Under the pieces are notes generated by a model, which made no database searches, had not been told where the DNA came from, and saw nothing but the letters and a program-made list of their open reading frames with translations. This document shows positions 12,200 through 24,552 of a DNA stretch of 64,000 nt, piece after piece. This stretch comes from Macrostomum hystrix (taxonomy: Eukaryota > Animalia > Platyhelminthes), in NCBI GenBank assembly GCA_950097015.1, contig CATNEN010000001.1:11594001-11658000 (forward strand), read 5' to 3'. The translations under genes were made by a program, and so were the position numbers. Positions within the stretch are counted from its first letter, which is position 1. The number at the start of each line of letters is the position of its first letter.

Positions 12200-14456
12200 C
12201 TTAGATTGGATAGTTTATTAGGCGAAACAATTCCTAGCTTCCCTCCCACTAAATGCCGCCTAACTAATAGAAAGCCCCTTAGGAGCAATAATTGCAAACC
12301 GCTGCGCGGATTACTTATCTGGAGTCGCTTCGGCCGCGTGCTGCAATCCCGTTGTTCTCGGGGAAGAGGATGGGGTAAGATAGCAAAAGCCGGGAAGGGA
12401 AAGGTGCTGCGAGTCGGCAAGGGGGCCAACACGCTTGGAGCTCAAGGCTCAATTTAACAGCTCACCAAAAGAGGTGGCTCGCGCTCAGGGGGAATGGGGA
12501 CAGGCAATGGGCCTGCACTAACTGTGGAGCTATGAGCTCTAGGGTCTATGCCCTAAATGGGTCTGGGGGATAAGTCCTGGGTCCGGTGGGAGTCCGGCCC
12601 GGCAAAAGTAAGTCCGGCAGGGGAGAAGGGGAAGAGCCGGTGGGAGAAAAGAGGGTCGGGGGTCCTAGAGGGAGCAGCGCCGCGCGCTTGCTTAAATAGG
12701 CCTTGCAGCACGCCAACCCCGACATCCATCAAAGCAACCCACATTCGCGCCCGCCTGTCAACGGGGAATCGAAGCGACGACAGGCCGCCCCAATTGCCCA
12801 ATGAACCGGCGGCGGGAAACGACAGGTGCTCATCGAGAGCAGCCATCGGCAGACGGCCAACAATTGTTACTCCGCCGGGACAATGGAAGCGCAGGCGCCG
12901 ACCTGCCTACAGTGACATTTACATGTATCTAAAAGGAAGGAGGTCATAAAGTCGAGCTGGGCTCGAATACTGTAAAGAAGAGGGGACATGAAGAATTTTA
13001 CGATCACTCATAACGCGCGAGTGAGCCCCTATATCTGATCGCGGTTTGGAGGGGAATTATGACCTAAACTAGTTCATACAGTAACATTATGGCCGCGATC
13101 AGTCATTCCTACGGGGAGTCTAGACAACTCCGGAGAGAGAGGATTCGACAGCTACTTGATTCACCGCCGCCTCAAACCCGGCCCTAAGATTAATGATCTT
13201 GTTTTGTGGCCAGCTGCTATATGGGTCGCAATTATTAGTTACTAAAAAAATTTGAAAAATTATGCTGGCTCACATTCCCGCTCGATTCCCGCAGCACACT
13301 CCACATCAATGGAGAATAAAGCAGAGAGGATTTAAATTGTTATTAAAGATTGGCCTATGATCAATAGATTTGGCGATAGTTGTGCTAATTTATTAAGCCA
13401 AAAGTCCTAGTGCCCTTTTCCCACTAAAGTGCCGCCTAGTTAAAGAAAAGTCCCTTAGGATTAAGAATTACAAGATCCGCTGCGCGGGTTAATTATCTGA
13501 GTGCCGGCTGGCCGCGTGCTGCAGTCCCGTCGTTCTTGGGGGAAGGGCAGGGCAAAAATAGCAGAGGCAGAGAAAGGATAAACTATTGCGAACTGGCAGG
13601 GGCCAATACGCTAGGAGCTCAAAGGCTCAATTCACGGCTCACCTAACGAGGTGGCTTGCGCTTAGGGGATTGGGGAGCAGGCAATGAGTCTGTGAGCGCT
13701 TGTCTGAGCTTATAGCTCTAGGGTCTAAGCCCTAAGTGGAGGAATTGGATTCGGAGTAAGTCTTGGGTCCGGAGGTGAGTTTCCCGAAGGAAAAGCGGGT
13801 CCGGTCCAGAAGGGTCCTAGAGGGAGCAGCGCAGCGCGCCTGCTTAAATAGTCCTGCAGCACGCCAACCTCGACATTCATCAAAATAACTCACATTCGCG
13901 CCAGCCTGTCATCGAGGAATCGAAGCGGCGATGGCCACCCCGATTACCCAATGAACCAGCGGCGAGAAACGACAGATGCTCCTTTACGAGCAGCCGCCGG
14001 CAGTCGGCCAATAATTGTTACTCCGCCAGGACAATGAGAAGCGCAGGCGCCGACCTGCCTACAGTGACATTTACATGTATCTAAGAGAGGAGGTCATAAA
14101 GTCGAGCTAGGCTCGAATACTGTAAAGAAGTGGGGACATGAAGAATTAATGATCACTCATAATGCCCGAGTGATTCCCAATATCTGATCGCGGTTTGGAG
14201 GGGAATTATGACCTAAACTACTCATACAATAAGAGCTATGGCCGCGATCAGTCATTCCTACAGGGGTCTAGACAGATCCAGGGAAAAGGGATTCGACGGC
14301 TACTTAATTCACCGCCGCCCAAAACCCGGCCCTAAGATTAATGATCTTGTTTGCGGCCAGCTGCTATGTGGGTCGCGATTATTGATTGCCTGAAAATTTG
14401 AAAAATTCCGCTGGCTCACATTCCCACTCGATTCCCGCAGCACACTCCACATCAAT
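12200..14456. repeat. Tandem pair B1/B2 of ~1.15-kb diverged non-coding units
   Basis: Shared blocks, e.g. GCGCAGGCGCCGACCTGCCTACAGTGACATTTACATGTATCTAA; units end CAGCACACTCCACATCAAT at 13310 and 14456. Confidence 0.9.
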
Positions 14457-14664
14457 ATCTCGTATTTAGAATTCTAGATTTACGAGTAGTAAGTATTTAG
14501 TGATAAATTGAGAGTAATTTATATTAATTATAAATTAATTAAAATTAGCTGTCAATAAATTGATTTACATTCAAGCATTTGCAAACCAGTGTAGCATCCG
14601 TGTCCTGATTATTCCCTTCATTGATTGACTCCAATGTTGAAATTGCACGTGGCAGTTTAACTGG

Positions 14665-15671
14665 TATAAGACTTAGAAATCTGAAGGGAATTTAAGTGAG
14701 CGTTAGTTGGTAACTAAAACTAAAAATAGCAACAGCAGAAAGAGCGAGCAACTGAAAGGAGAATGATTAGACAAAACCCGCCCTGAGATCAATTAATCAT
14801 TTCAGCACAAACCCAGCGCGGCAGGGCAGCAGCGGTGCTGACGTGGAGCTGCCTGAGACCGGATCCGCGGCTGTGCTGACGTGGAGCTGCCTGAGACCGG
14901 ATCCGCGGCTGTGCTGACGTGGAGCTGCCTGAGACCGGACCCGAGGCTGTGCTGACGTGGAACCACCCGAGACCGGACCTGCAGCTGCGCTGACGTGGAG
15001 CTGCTGGTATCAACCCGGCCTGTCCCGACCCACAGCTGCCTGAATCGACCCAACCCAGCCGAAACTGGAGCCGCCCGGACCCGATCGGGAACGAGATCTG
15101 GAGGAGCCCGGGATCGCACAAGAAGACGGGATCGATGAAAGGAGAGGGGATAACGAACAATAGGAAAGAGATCTCAGTAGAGGGAGGAACGCATCCTAAC
15201 TCAGCTAAGGCATTTTAAGAATTTTACCCACCCTCCATAGGAGAGGGGTTGGTGTGCCTGCCAACGAAGTAGCATAATGACTAATGACTGTAATAGACTA
15301 GAGGCTGCGACCTCAACCCGCATAAATTCTCTCGCCAGATGTTGCTACGGTATTGCCCCCTCGGATCGAGGGGTTTTAAAGATAATATATATATCGGTGC
15401 GGAGCGCGGGAAAAGATCCGCCGCTCCAGTTAGTTAGAGACTCGCTTTGAGCTCCGTTTAGATAAACTAGAAAATCATTGTGTTTGCGTTCTTTCTTAAG
15501 TAGACTTCGTGACAACGGTCTAGAGAGATCACTACGACCAGCAGAACTACTGAGCATCGATAGTCGTTAGGAGTTATAGCCTTCAAGACTTTTAGACTGC
15601 AATAAACCGCTAGACAAACTATAGGAAAATACAAGTGAAGAAGAAGAAACATTAAAATTTGAAGCGCTATA
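14665..15671 (+). mobile_element. Solo LTR of the TATA-ended family with 5-bp TSD ACTGG
   Basis: ACTGG at 14660-14664 and 15672-15676; ends TATAAGAC...GCGCTATA; five 38-bp U3 repeats; TATATATA box; AATAAA near 15601. Confidence 0.95.
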
Positions 15672-18435
15672 ACTGGGGTTGAAATAACTACACTTGTAAA
15701 GCCAGAAATTGAGTCCACCATTGTTAAAGCCGTAGACCTAAAATAAATTACAGGGCAGTGCAAAAGGTGTGTAGTTTAGTTTTCTTAGTTATGTAATTTC
15801 AATAGCTTTCAGCTATCTAAACCAAATGAAAACAAGTATAGCTTACACAGACTCGAATTGCACAGCGCAATCATTGGGATCTCGGCCAGTAGAACGACTT
15901 CTGTTGCGACGTTTACTGCAAATGATTGCTATACAAGCAAAACCACACATGATAATAATGCAGACAATCAGAAAAAAATAATCTTGATCTGCGCAAAACT
16001 GTTTGCTAAATTAAATCCAACAACGTTCTGGTTGTTTAGTAACTTTTGCTGCTCTGAAATTAGTTTGGTAATGTTAGAAATGACCTTGTTTTGCTCTTTA
16101 ATTAATTGCAGATTTTCTCCATTGGTAATTGAAATTTTTTGCACCAGAGCACCAAAAATCTAAGTCCTGCTCTGTAAGCGGAGGTACTGAAAGCGGAAAC
16201 GGGTGGGAACGTCAAGATTCGAATAATTCTCACAGGCATACATAGTTTAACAAATGCGATTGCTAATTGAATTCCATGACATAGGAAGAAAAAACTTTCC
16301 GAGCCAATCAATGAATATGTAAATCAAAATTCAAATATAAAAAATAAATAGTGTTATTTTCAAAATCAATGCCCCCATATCTTTCTCTATAAATACAAGA
16401 GCAAAATTTTGACAGTTTTTTTACCAAGTCGCATCGACTAAGAATTGCACTATCAAGACATCGGCAGAGCAACATGTCTATCATCAGACGAGATAGGATT
16501 CTACGAGCTGGATCGAAGGCTGCCTTCTCGGTCAGTGAACCGAACACCAACGCCAGTTGTCAATTTCGCACCAACTCATGGAGACCCACAAATTGTGTTG
16601 AGCAACCAAATAAATGGTTGCCCATCATATTGCAGACAGCAGCACCAATGGAACTGTTTCGTGGAATAACCAAGCGTCCAGAGCTGTACCAAGCATCAAG
16701 CTTTGCCGCGGAGATAGGCGGCAATGCAAAAGAGTAGGACGGCGTGGCGATGGCATGGGGCCGGGTGGGTGTTAATTGGGTTGGGGTTAGGGCATAACCC
16801 CACCCCTCTGACGCACTTGCATAAGACGCACTTGGATAAGCGCAGGCCAGGTAAGATATTTTATTATTCTGCGGTGATTTGGCTGTGACTCGCAAGTGGG
16901 AAAGCAGATAACAGTGGAAGATGGTCAGGCGCGCTGCAGAGAGTGGGCCGCAACGCACACGGGCTTTGGTTTGCTGGGGTGTGGGGGCGAAGCCCCCACA
17001 TTTTTTACCAACGGAAAAACCGATTGTTCTTTAAAACAATGTTCAATTTGTATAAAGTTAGTATTTTTGTTCCACAGCACTGGTGAGATATTTTGAGGTT
17101 AGAGGAGAGAATTGGATAGCGCTAATGAGTACCCAGTTCAACTCTGCCGCACTTGCACTGCGGCGGATGATGAGCAGCAATGGAAAACTATTGTAAAGAT
17201 TCTTGATTCTATTGATTCTATTTTAGAAGGGGTTTGCCATTGCTAAAAATCAATTCTGCGTGCCTAAGCGTGCAAGATAGCCAATTCTGTTGATTGCCAT
17301 AGACATACATCCTGCACGGTTGAGCGTTTAAGATTGGAAATCGTGCACTCAGAATCAAATAATATAATAATTTTGATCTGAGCAGAGTTTGTCTATCACT
17401 TTACATTGGAGTCGCTTAACACTGGAGAAAAGAAGGTGTGCCCAAGAGTCGGACGATGCTCAAAATCCGACTAATTAAGTTTTGTGGGGGAATAAACAAG
17501 GTGAGAGAGGGTGCAGCGGTCTTGCGGTTTTTAAGTGTACACACATGGGAGCCATGTGTCTACGCAACTCCATAGCCAGCACCGACGCGCTTGCAGATAA
17601 GCCTCCGCCCCTGGAAAAGCAGGTGGTGTCTTTGATCTTCGTACCTGGGGGTAGCTAAAGGTGTGCTAAAGCAAGAACTATTAGAAATCGCTGCGAAAAC
17701 AAGGCAATAAAGTTCATCTGCGTGTGCGGGGACTGAGACAGCAAACAATGACTGAGAAAATTTCATATAAATAAATCCAATTATTTAATTAAATATCTTA
17801 CAAACAAAATTATTGAATTTTATATTAGCCTATATAAAGCTGGTGAATCTTGAGCAGCAAGCTAACGGACTGACGCAAAAAGCTAAAGTCTAGCAATCCA
17901 AGAATGAAGAAAAATTCTTCGACTGAGAGCTGCTGTGCCTACTTTGAAGCATGTGTGGCATGCAACAAATGTGTACTTGGTGGACTCAAACGAGGTGCCC
18001 ACAAAAACTGTCAAACTACAAAATGGATCGTCTGCTGGAGCATAGAATTCTAGATATCAAACTGGAAGTGAAGGCTTTTGTGAGTGGGGTCTGCAGGCGT
18101 ACGAAACCGGGCCGACTGGGCCTTCGTCGCTTCGTCCCTCGTCCCTCTATCCTCTAATATCTTTGCAGAGACCAACCCCTCCCTCCGCGATAGCGTCTAT
18201 GTACATTCTAATCTAAGACTGCTGTCCTGGGGAGAGTGTAGATTCCCTTCCACTCTGAGCGGAGGCCAAATATAGCACTGTACAGTGTAGGCTACGACCA
18301 ACACCCCACTAAAGCTATGGTAAATTATATAGACCAAATTATTTCCGTTTACTTTTTTCGTTTTCGTTTCCGTTTACTAAACTCTGTTTTTAAAGTCTTT
18401 TAAAGATTTATTTGTCACTCCGAACTCAAAAGCAA

Positions 18436-18814
18436 ATGGGTTACAAATGTGCTGCGTTTAACTGCCATTCTGGATACCTGAGGAAATGTTCCACCGTAAC
18501 TTCTGAAGCTTTCAAAGTTTCATTTCACGAATTTCCTCTCAAAGATCAACAACTTCTCCAAGAATGGTTCCGGCGAATTCGAAGGGAAAATTATACCCCA
18601 ACAACGCAATCGAGACTGTGCTCCCTGCACGTGACAGACGATGACTTCGTTACAACATCTCAGGACACAAATCTTCGTCGAAAGCGCACGAGGGATGGCG
18701 AAGCTCTCATCAAGCGCAGACTAAAAAAGGATGCCATTCCTACTATATTTACGCAGCTTCCTGAGCGACTGCAGCCAACAGCTTTGCCATCTCGAGCAGA
18801 AAGAGCTACAGCAG
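18436..18814 (+). pseudogene. THAP zinc-finger domain, probably the N-terminus of a DNA-transposon protein, truncated by Gypsy sequence
   Basis: C.A.NC...FHEFP....W...IRR......RLCSLH....F....LKKDAIPTIF = C2CH signature plus AVPTIF box. Confidence 0.9.
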
Positions 18815-21800
18815 AGGAACATACCAACGCATCCCTGCACCAACAGAACGACAACAGCGGCTGTACCCACAACTGGACGTTTGGCCACCACCGCTAGTTG
18901 CACACATCCAGGCCGAAAAGAACGTCACGGCGATCAAGCTCAGGATCGGCAATCAACCGTGCATGGCCCCGTTGGACACGGGCGCCGAAAGATCCGATGA
19001 GCATCTGGCACGGAAGATGAATGTCAAGCTAGAGGAACCGAAAGAACGACTAGAAGCAGTGGGCGGAAACATCATCCAACAAGTCGGTATGGTGAGACTA
19101 CCGGTTGAAGCAGGCCCACAAGAGACAGTGGAGGTTAATTTCCATGTGATTAAAAATATGCACTCGGACAGGTATAAAGTCATCTTGGGGACAGACTATA
19201 TGGGAGAATTGCCTAAGGGAATCTCCATCAATCATCAGAGTAAACAAGCGGAGATCAATGGCAACTCCTATCGAATCCAAGCATTGATGGTGAAACCTCA
19301 GGAGAGGGTAGTAAGGCTGGAGACAACCCAGACGATAAATCCCGGAGAAACCAGGCCAATACTAGCAAAATTAGACTATGAGAAAGGAGAAGTCCCGGTC
19401 CAAGTACTGTTCGAGCCAGAACCAAGAATGGTAGCACGTAGGCCAATCCAGATCACTCATGAAGTGCTTCACCCCGACGCTGACGGCCAGGTCACCATTC
19501 TAACAACCAATGAAGCCATAGAACCCGTCACTCTGTATCAAGGTACAATCATATGGCATTACGAGGAAGATATAGAGACCCAGGAGTTAACAGAAATCCC
19601 CTCAACAGGAGAAGAACTCACAGAGGAGGAGTTTAAGAAGGCAGTAGACTGCAAGGGAGCAGATATGACGCCAGGACAGGAAAGACAACTCAAGGATAGG
19701 CTCTGGAAAAATAAGGATGCCTTTTGCTTATCAGAAGATGATTTAGGGTACACGGAAGTAGCGAAGCACCAGTTACACATCAAGCCCAATGAGGAAGTGA
19801 AGTTGACGAAGAGATATCCCATCCCCCATCAATTACGGGGAGAGTTGCAGGATATTATAGACAAGATGGAGAGACAGGGGATCATAAAGAAAGCGGCAAC
19901 CCCGTACATTTCACCCCTGCTGTTGGTTAAGAAGAAAACCCAACCAGGCGAAACCCCGAAACACAGGTTTGCATCGATTTTCGAGGATTGAACAATTACC
20001 TGGTCCCAGAGAGGCAGTGTAACCCGAAAATATCGGATCTCTTAGCCCAGCTAAAAGGAGCCACCATGTTTTCTACCCTGGATATGGCGCAGGAATTCTT
20101 CCAAGTGGCCTTAGAAGAAGAAAGCCAAAAATACTGCGGGATAGCTACACCGGAGGGATGTACTTATACCTTCCGGGTTTCTCCAATGGGATTAGCCACT
20201 TCCCCGGCCGCGCTATCCAGAGCAGCAGCAATCATCCTGAAAGGAGTACAGAAGGTCGCCACGTATGTAGACGACTTGTTGGTGTATACCGGAGATTTCC
20301 AGACTCATCTGGATACGCTAGAGCTCACCCTACAGAGACTCAAGCAGCACGGACTGAAACTGAAGCTGCAGAAGTGCAAGTTCTTTTAAAAGGAAGTTCG
20401 TTACTTGGGTTATGTGATAGACAAGGATGGAACCAGGATAGACGACACCCTGGTGGAGAAAGTCCAGCAGATAAGGAAACCAGAGACAGTGACTCAGCTA
20501 AGAGGGTTTCTAGGACTGTGCAACTTTTTTAGAAAGCATGTGCATCAGTACGCACAGAAAATGCGCCCGCTGACAGAATTGCTGAAGGGAACACCAGCGA
20601 GCAAGACGATAGCCAGCAGGACGCAGATAAAATGGACGGAACAGGCAGAGAAGACATTTGAGAGAATGAAGAAATGGGTAGCAGAGGACCTCCGACTTAT
20701 CCACCCAGACTTCGAGAAAAGATTCATTATCTCCTGTGACGCCAGCACTACAGGAATTGGAGCAGTGCTGACTCAGATAGACGAGGCAGGAAGAGAAAAA
20801 CCGATAGCATATTGCAGCAGACAGTTAACAGATGCAGAGTCTAGGTACGGGATCACCCACCTAGAATTGCTTGCAGTATATTATGCGTTCAAGCAATTTG
20901 AACAGTTCGTATATGCGGCGAAGGTCCCGACCCTACTAAGAGTGGATCACCAGCCTCTAAAAGGTTTTTTCACAAATAAGATGCTGCAAAGTAATCAGAT
21001 TCTCCGATGGTTGCTATACATCCAACAGTTCCAGTTTCAAATCGAATATGTCCCAGGAGATACGACAAAACACGCAATCCCAGATATGTTATCTAGACAA
21101 TATGAGAAGGAAGGTGGAAAACTGAAGGTAGGGTATATAAGAATCACCCACCCAATCTCAGGGGTCGAATCCCTGAAGCAGGCACAGGCAGAAGATCCGC
21201 TCTGCCAGGAAATAAAACAGAAACTAGAAGGAGGAGAATCCATAGGAACATTACACCCGAAGCTGAACAAGAAAGTGCAGAAACATTTGGGCGATTACGC
21301 TGTCCTGCACGGTATAATGCATAGAGTAGCAGATCACACCCAACAGATAGTGCTGCCTTTCACATTCAGAGAGACTATCATGCAGGCAATGCACGAACTC
21401 CCATTCGCAGCACATATAGGGTTTGATAAGACGCTGGAAAAGATTCGAAGGCATTATTATTGGCCCACCATGATAGCCGATGTAAAGCGATACACCCAAG
21501 ATTGCGAAGAGTGCGCCAGAAACAAGGAGGGGAAGATGCATAGAGGCATCATACAGATGCAACAGATCCCCATCAAGCCGTTGGATAAAATTAGCATAGA
21601 CATAGTGGGACCGCTAGCACCTACCCAATACAGACAGGAGGTGTACACCCACATTATGACATTGTAGTGCTGCATGACAAAGTTCGCACTTGCTGTCCCG
21701 ATCCCGGATTTAACTGCAAAAACAACAGCAGAGGTGATTTTTAACTTCTGTTGTATATTCGGGATCCCGACCGAAATCACCACGGACAATGGAAGGAATT

Positions 21801-22594
21801 TTACTGCAAAATTAGTGCAGGAGGCCCTGGAGATACTAGGCATCAAGCAGATTCTGACGCTGCCATATAATCCCAGGACAAACCAGGTGGAGCGACTGCA
21901 TTCCACGCTCCACAATATGCTGAGACACTATGTAGCACAAGCCCCGCAAGACTGGATCAAATACCTTCCAGCCGTGCTGTACGCGTATAACACCGCACAA
22001 CAGAGTTCATCGAAATATTCTCCATATGAGCTACTGTTTGCTAAACAGCCGCTGATGCCCACAGAACTGTCCGTTCGGAGCGATCTCCTGAAGTATATGG
22101 AAGAGACTGATTTTATCGCGCAGCTACCAGAAGCTATTAGGCTAGGCCGAGAGATTGCTAGAGACAATTTAGCCAGAGCACAACTGGAATCAAATGCCCA
22201 GGTGAACAAGAAAAGGAAACCAACGGAGATTACAGAGAACACAAGGGTCATGGTAAGGATCCCCATGACGCAAGCAAAACATGCCAATAAGTTTGCTGGG
22301 CCATTCACTGTGGTGAAGGTGGTGTCGCCTACAGCAGTGTACGTGACTGATGAAAAGAACCCGCATTCCCCACCCGTAAAAGTGCATGCAGACAGGCTGA
22401 AGATCATGCACAATACGGAGCCTATAGGACCGCTGCCAGACTTACGACCAGCCCACCCGGAAAGGCTGCGAAGGCAGCCAGCGCGGCGTCTACAACGAGA
22501 CGCCGAGGTCCAGGTCTGCGAGGATGCACAGGCCGAGCCTTCGGCACCTCGCTATCAGCTCCGCAAGAAGAAGCCGGTGGAGTACTCTCACTGA
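18815..22594 (+). pseudogene. pol: Ty3/Gypsy pol (PR-RT-RNase H-IN) with a frameshift near 19980 and stops at 20387-20389 and 21665-21667
   Basis: LDTGA protease; YVDD; CDAS/ELLAV/DH RNase H; H..H..C..C, IDIVGP, TDNG, VERLH integrase; GPF module. Confidence 0.93.
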
Positions 22595-22885
22595 AGAGAG
22601 GCTCCAAGGGGGTGATGGGAATAAATCAATACTATAAACTGTAAACTATAAATTATAAACATTAACTATACACTACAAGTTATAAACAATAAATATTAGT
22701 CTACTGACGAATGAATAAACGCTATAGATTAGGATAATAATTAAGCAATACCGTATGAAGCAGACTAGCCCACTTTTGGAGCTAAATAAGTAGCATAAAT
22801 AGGAATATAAACTAATATCACGACTAAAAAATAGGCTACGAATGAGAAATAGATAGAGTTAAATATCAGCACCAGAAACAAGTCT

Positions 22886-23110
22886 ATGGCCCGTAAATTT
22901 GAAAGTCAACAGAGGAATTATAAAGCAAGATACCTTAACCTTCCAGCTGCATTCAAAGACAAGATGTTTTATGATCAAGAGTTAGACGTGTTGGATCAAT
23001 ACACAATCGCAGAGACACCAGAGCCACGGCAGGCAGTGACGCCCTTGTTTAACGTCAGGACAACTCGTAGAACGATCAGAGATCTCCCAGCAGAGGGCGC
23101 GGACGCGCAG
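22886..23110 (+). pseudogene. N-terminal part of accessory ORF-X (homolog of 41769-42533), fused by deletion to the antisense-ORF region
   Basis: YDQELDVLDQYTIAE..VTPLF aligns with YSTELDTVDDCTIDE..VKPLF. Confidence 0.6.
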
Positions 23111-23338
23111 AGCGGCCTGGCGCCGCCGGCAACAAAGCCACACCAGAAGCAGCCCGAACAAGGCCAGGGCAAGGCCTCCGGCCCCGAGACCTCCGGAGAG
23201 ACGACGTAGAAACGACAACCCGTTCTCTAAAGACTGGGTGCGGGTAGCTTCTAGGGCCAGGCGGGCCTCCAGGCGAAGGACCCGAGCCTCTAGCTCGGAC
23301 ACCAGCTTGGCGAGTTGGGCCATCTCAAAGCGCGACAT
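22982..23338 (-). CDS. Antisense small membrane protein (coiled coil-TM-CC-RRR); C-terminus altered by the deletion junction
   Basis: Homologs at 43028-43283, 61159-61182 and 62721-62963. Confidence 0.75.
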   Translation of the reverse strand: MSRFEMAQLAKLVSELEARVLRLEARLALEATRTQSLENGLSFLRRLSGGLGAGGLALALFGLLLVWLCCRRRQAALRVRALCWEISDRSTSCPDVKQGRHCLPWLWCLCDCVLIQHV

Positions 23339-24057
23339 GAAATAAAGTGGTCGATGGGGCAGACGAAAAGGCAGTTAAAAAGATACGTCTGAGCAGATAA
23401 AAGGGGCCCAGGGGAAAAGTTTATATAACCCAGTCCAAGGCAAGATGGATGGCAAGAATTCCACAATCACAGCCATCCTATCCGCCGCGGAGAAAGGACC
23501 CCAATGTACATCCCGAGAGATGAAAAGTAGAGTCATCAGTGCCCCGGGCCAGATTCGAGACCTAAAGTGCAACACCACACAGATAACATGCCCGAGTGGA
23601 TTAGACCAACCATGGCCTCAGTAAACAAAAATAGGACACAGGCAACAAACACACCATAACCAAGAATCCAGCTTGTCACAAGTAAGAGAGACACAGCCAT
23701 ATCAGAACACATCATAACCACATGCCATAGTACTTTAACCAATGTGATTTTATAATACAAGCAATGCTCTTATCCTGCGAGGCCCAGAAATGTTATTGAT
23801 TAATTGGGCTCTCAAAGCATATATATTCTCTCCAACGTGATTAACAATAAATATTATGTCGACTTCTTTGGAAGCCCCACAGGTTCATTGTCTGTCAAAC
23901 TAAATTTCAATTAAATCTTAGACGTCAACAATAGCAGATATGCAGTAGCAACAAGTACACCAGAGAGAAATTAGGCGGAAGTTCAGGAAAACAAGCAGGA
24001 GGACGAAGTAAACATAGATGATAGTCACACGCCTCGGACACCTTTACAGCTAGTATC

Positions 24058-24390
24058 ATGGCCGACAGCAGCTACAACCGCCGCCCCGGAGACAAATTTA
24101 TCGACGTTGACATCCGGGGGCGGCCGGCTGTGAAGGCCGACGCGGTCACGCAAGTGACCGCGGAGGAGATAGACGGGGGCGTGTCGACCGCCACGTCGAC
24201 AACGGACTTCCGGGAGACACATCTGGAGGATTTGTACGGTGTGAAACAGGCCAAGGGCACGTGGAAAGCACAGGGCAACTTTCAGTCCGAACCGGAGCCC
24301 AAGAACCCGCCATGGCCGACACCGAGAGGCCTCCGGGAGTACTACCGAAAGAAATACCCGGAACCGCCACTGGATGGACAATTTTATTAA
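24058..24390 (+). CDS. ~110-aa accessory protein (ORF110 family), unknown function
   Basis: YNRRPG.KF.D.DIRGRP..K.DA.TQV..E.IDGG..TATST.D conserved across many diverged copies. Confidence 0.85.
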   Translation: MADSSYNRRPGDKFIDVDIRGRPAVKADAVTQVTAEEIDGGVSTATSTTDFRETHLEDLYGVKQAKGTWKAQGNFQSEPEPKNPPWPTPRGLREYYRKKYPEPPLDGQFY

Positions 24391-24552
24391 TGACAATATA
24401 TTCACTATCATTCCTTAGTTCTGTGTACACTTTCAGATTTCACCGTCTTATATGTTTTCAGACCTACTAGCAGTAGACAGTTTGGCAACTGGAGTAAGAA
24501 AATAGACTGCATCTCCCTTGACTAGTCAAGGATTTCATCAAAAGGGGGATGA

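Noticed and set aside
2500-15000. CRISPR-like arrays (98-bp repeats at 2500-2914 and 38-bp repeats at 14835-15000)
   Set aside because: Contiguous tandem units with no unique spacers, no cas genes, eukaryotic TE context
14789-15160. Recurrent minus-strand ORFs in LTRs (also 31059, 44706, 47175, 50705)
   Set aside because: By-products of GC-rich tandem repeats; frames change with repeat number
15677-18400. Short ORFs or a possible decayed DNA transposon
   Set aside because: No recognisable domain, terminal repeat or second copy in the window
18436-19991. THAP-protease fusion gene
   Set aside because: THAP and Gypsy parts are in different frames; simple truncation junction
23339-23578. Stop-codon readthrough (TAA-CTG / TGA-CTG) joining upstream antisense ORFs to the coiled-coil TM ORF
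   Set aside because: In frame in two subfamilies, but the third copy (61183-61232) is out of frame and the upstream frames are not conserved
23536-23760. Hydrophobic antisense ORF as an additional membrane protein
   Set aside because: Intact only in a near-identical duplicate; the alignment to 43326-43640 shifts frame, and hydrophobicity is expected opposite an A-rich strand
24431-24453. DIRS-type internal complementary region
   Set aside because: The elements have DDE integrase, PPT, PBS, direct LTRs and TSDs, and no tyrosine recombinase
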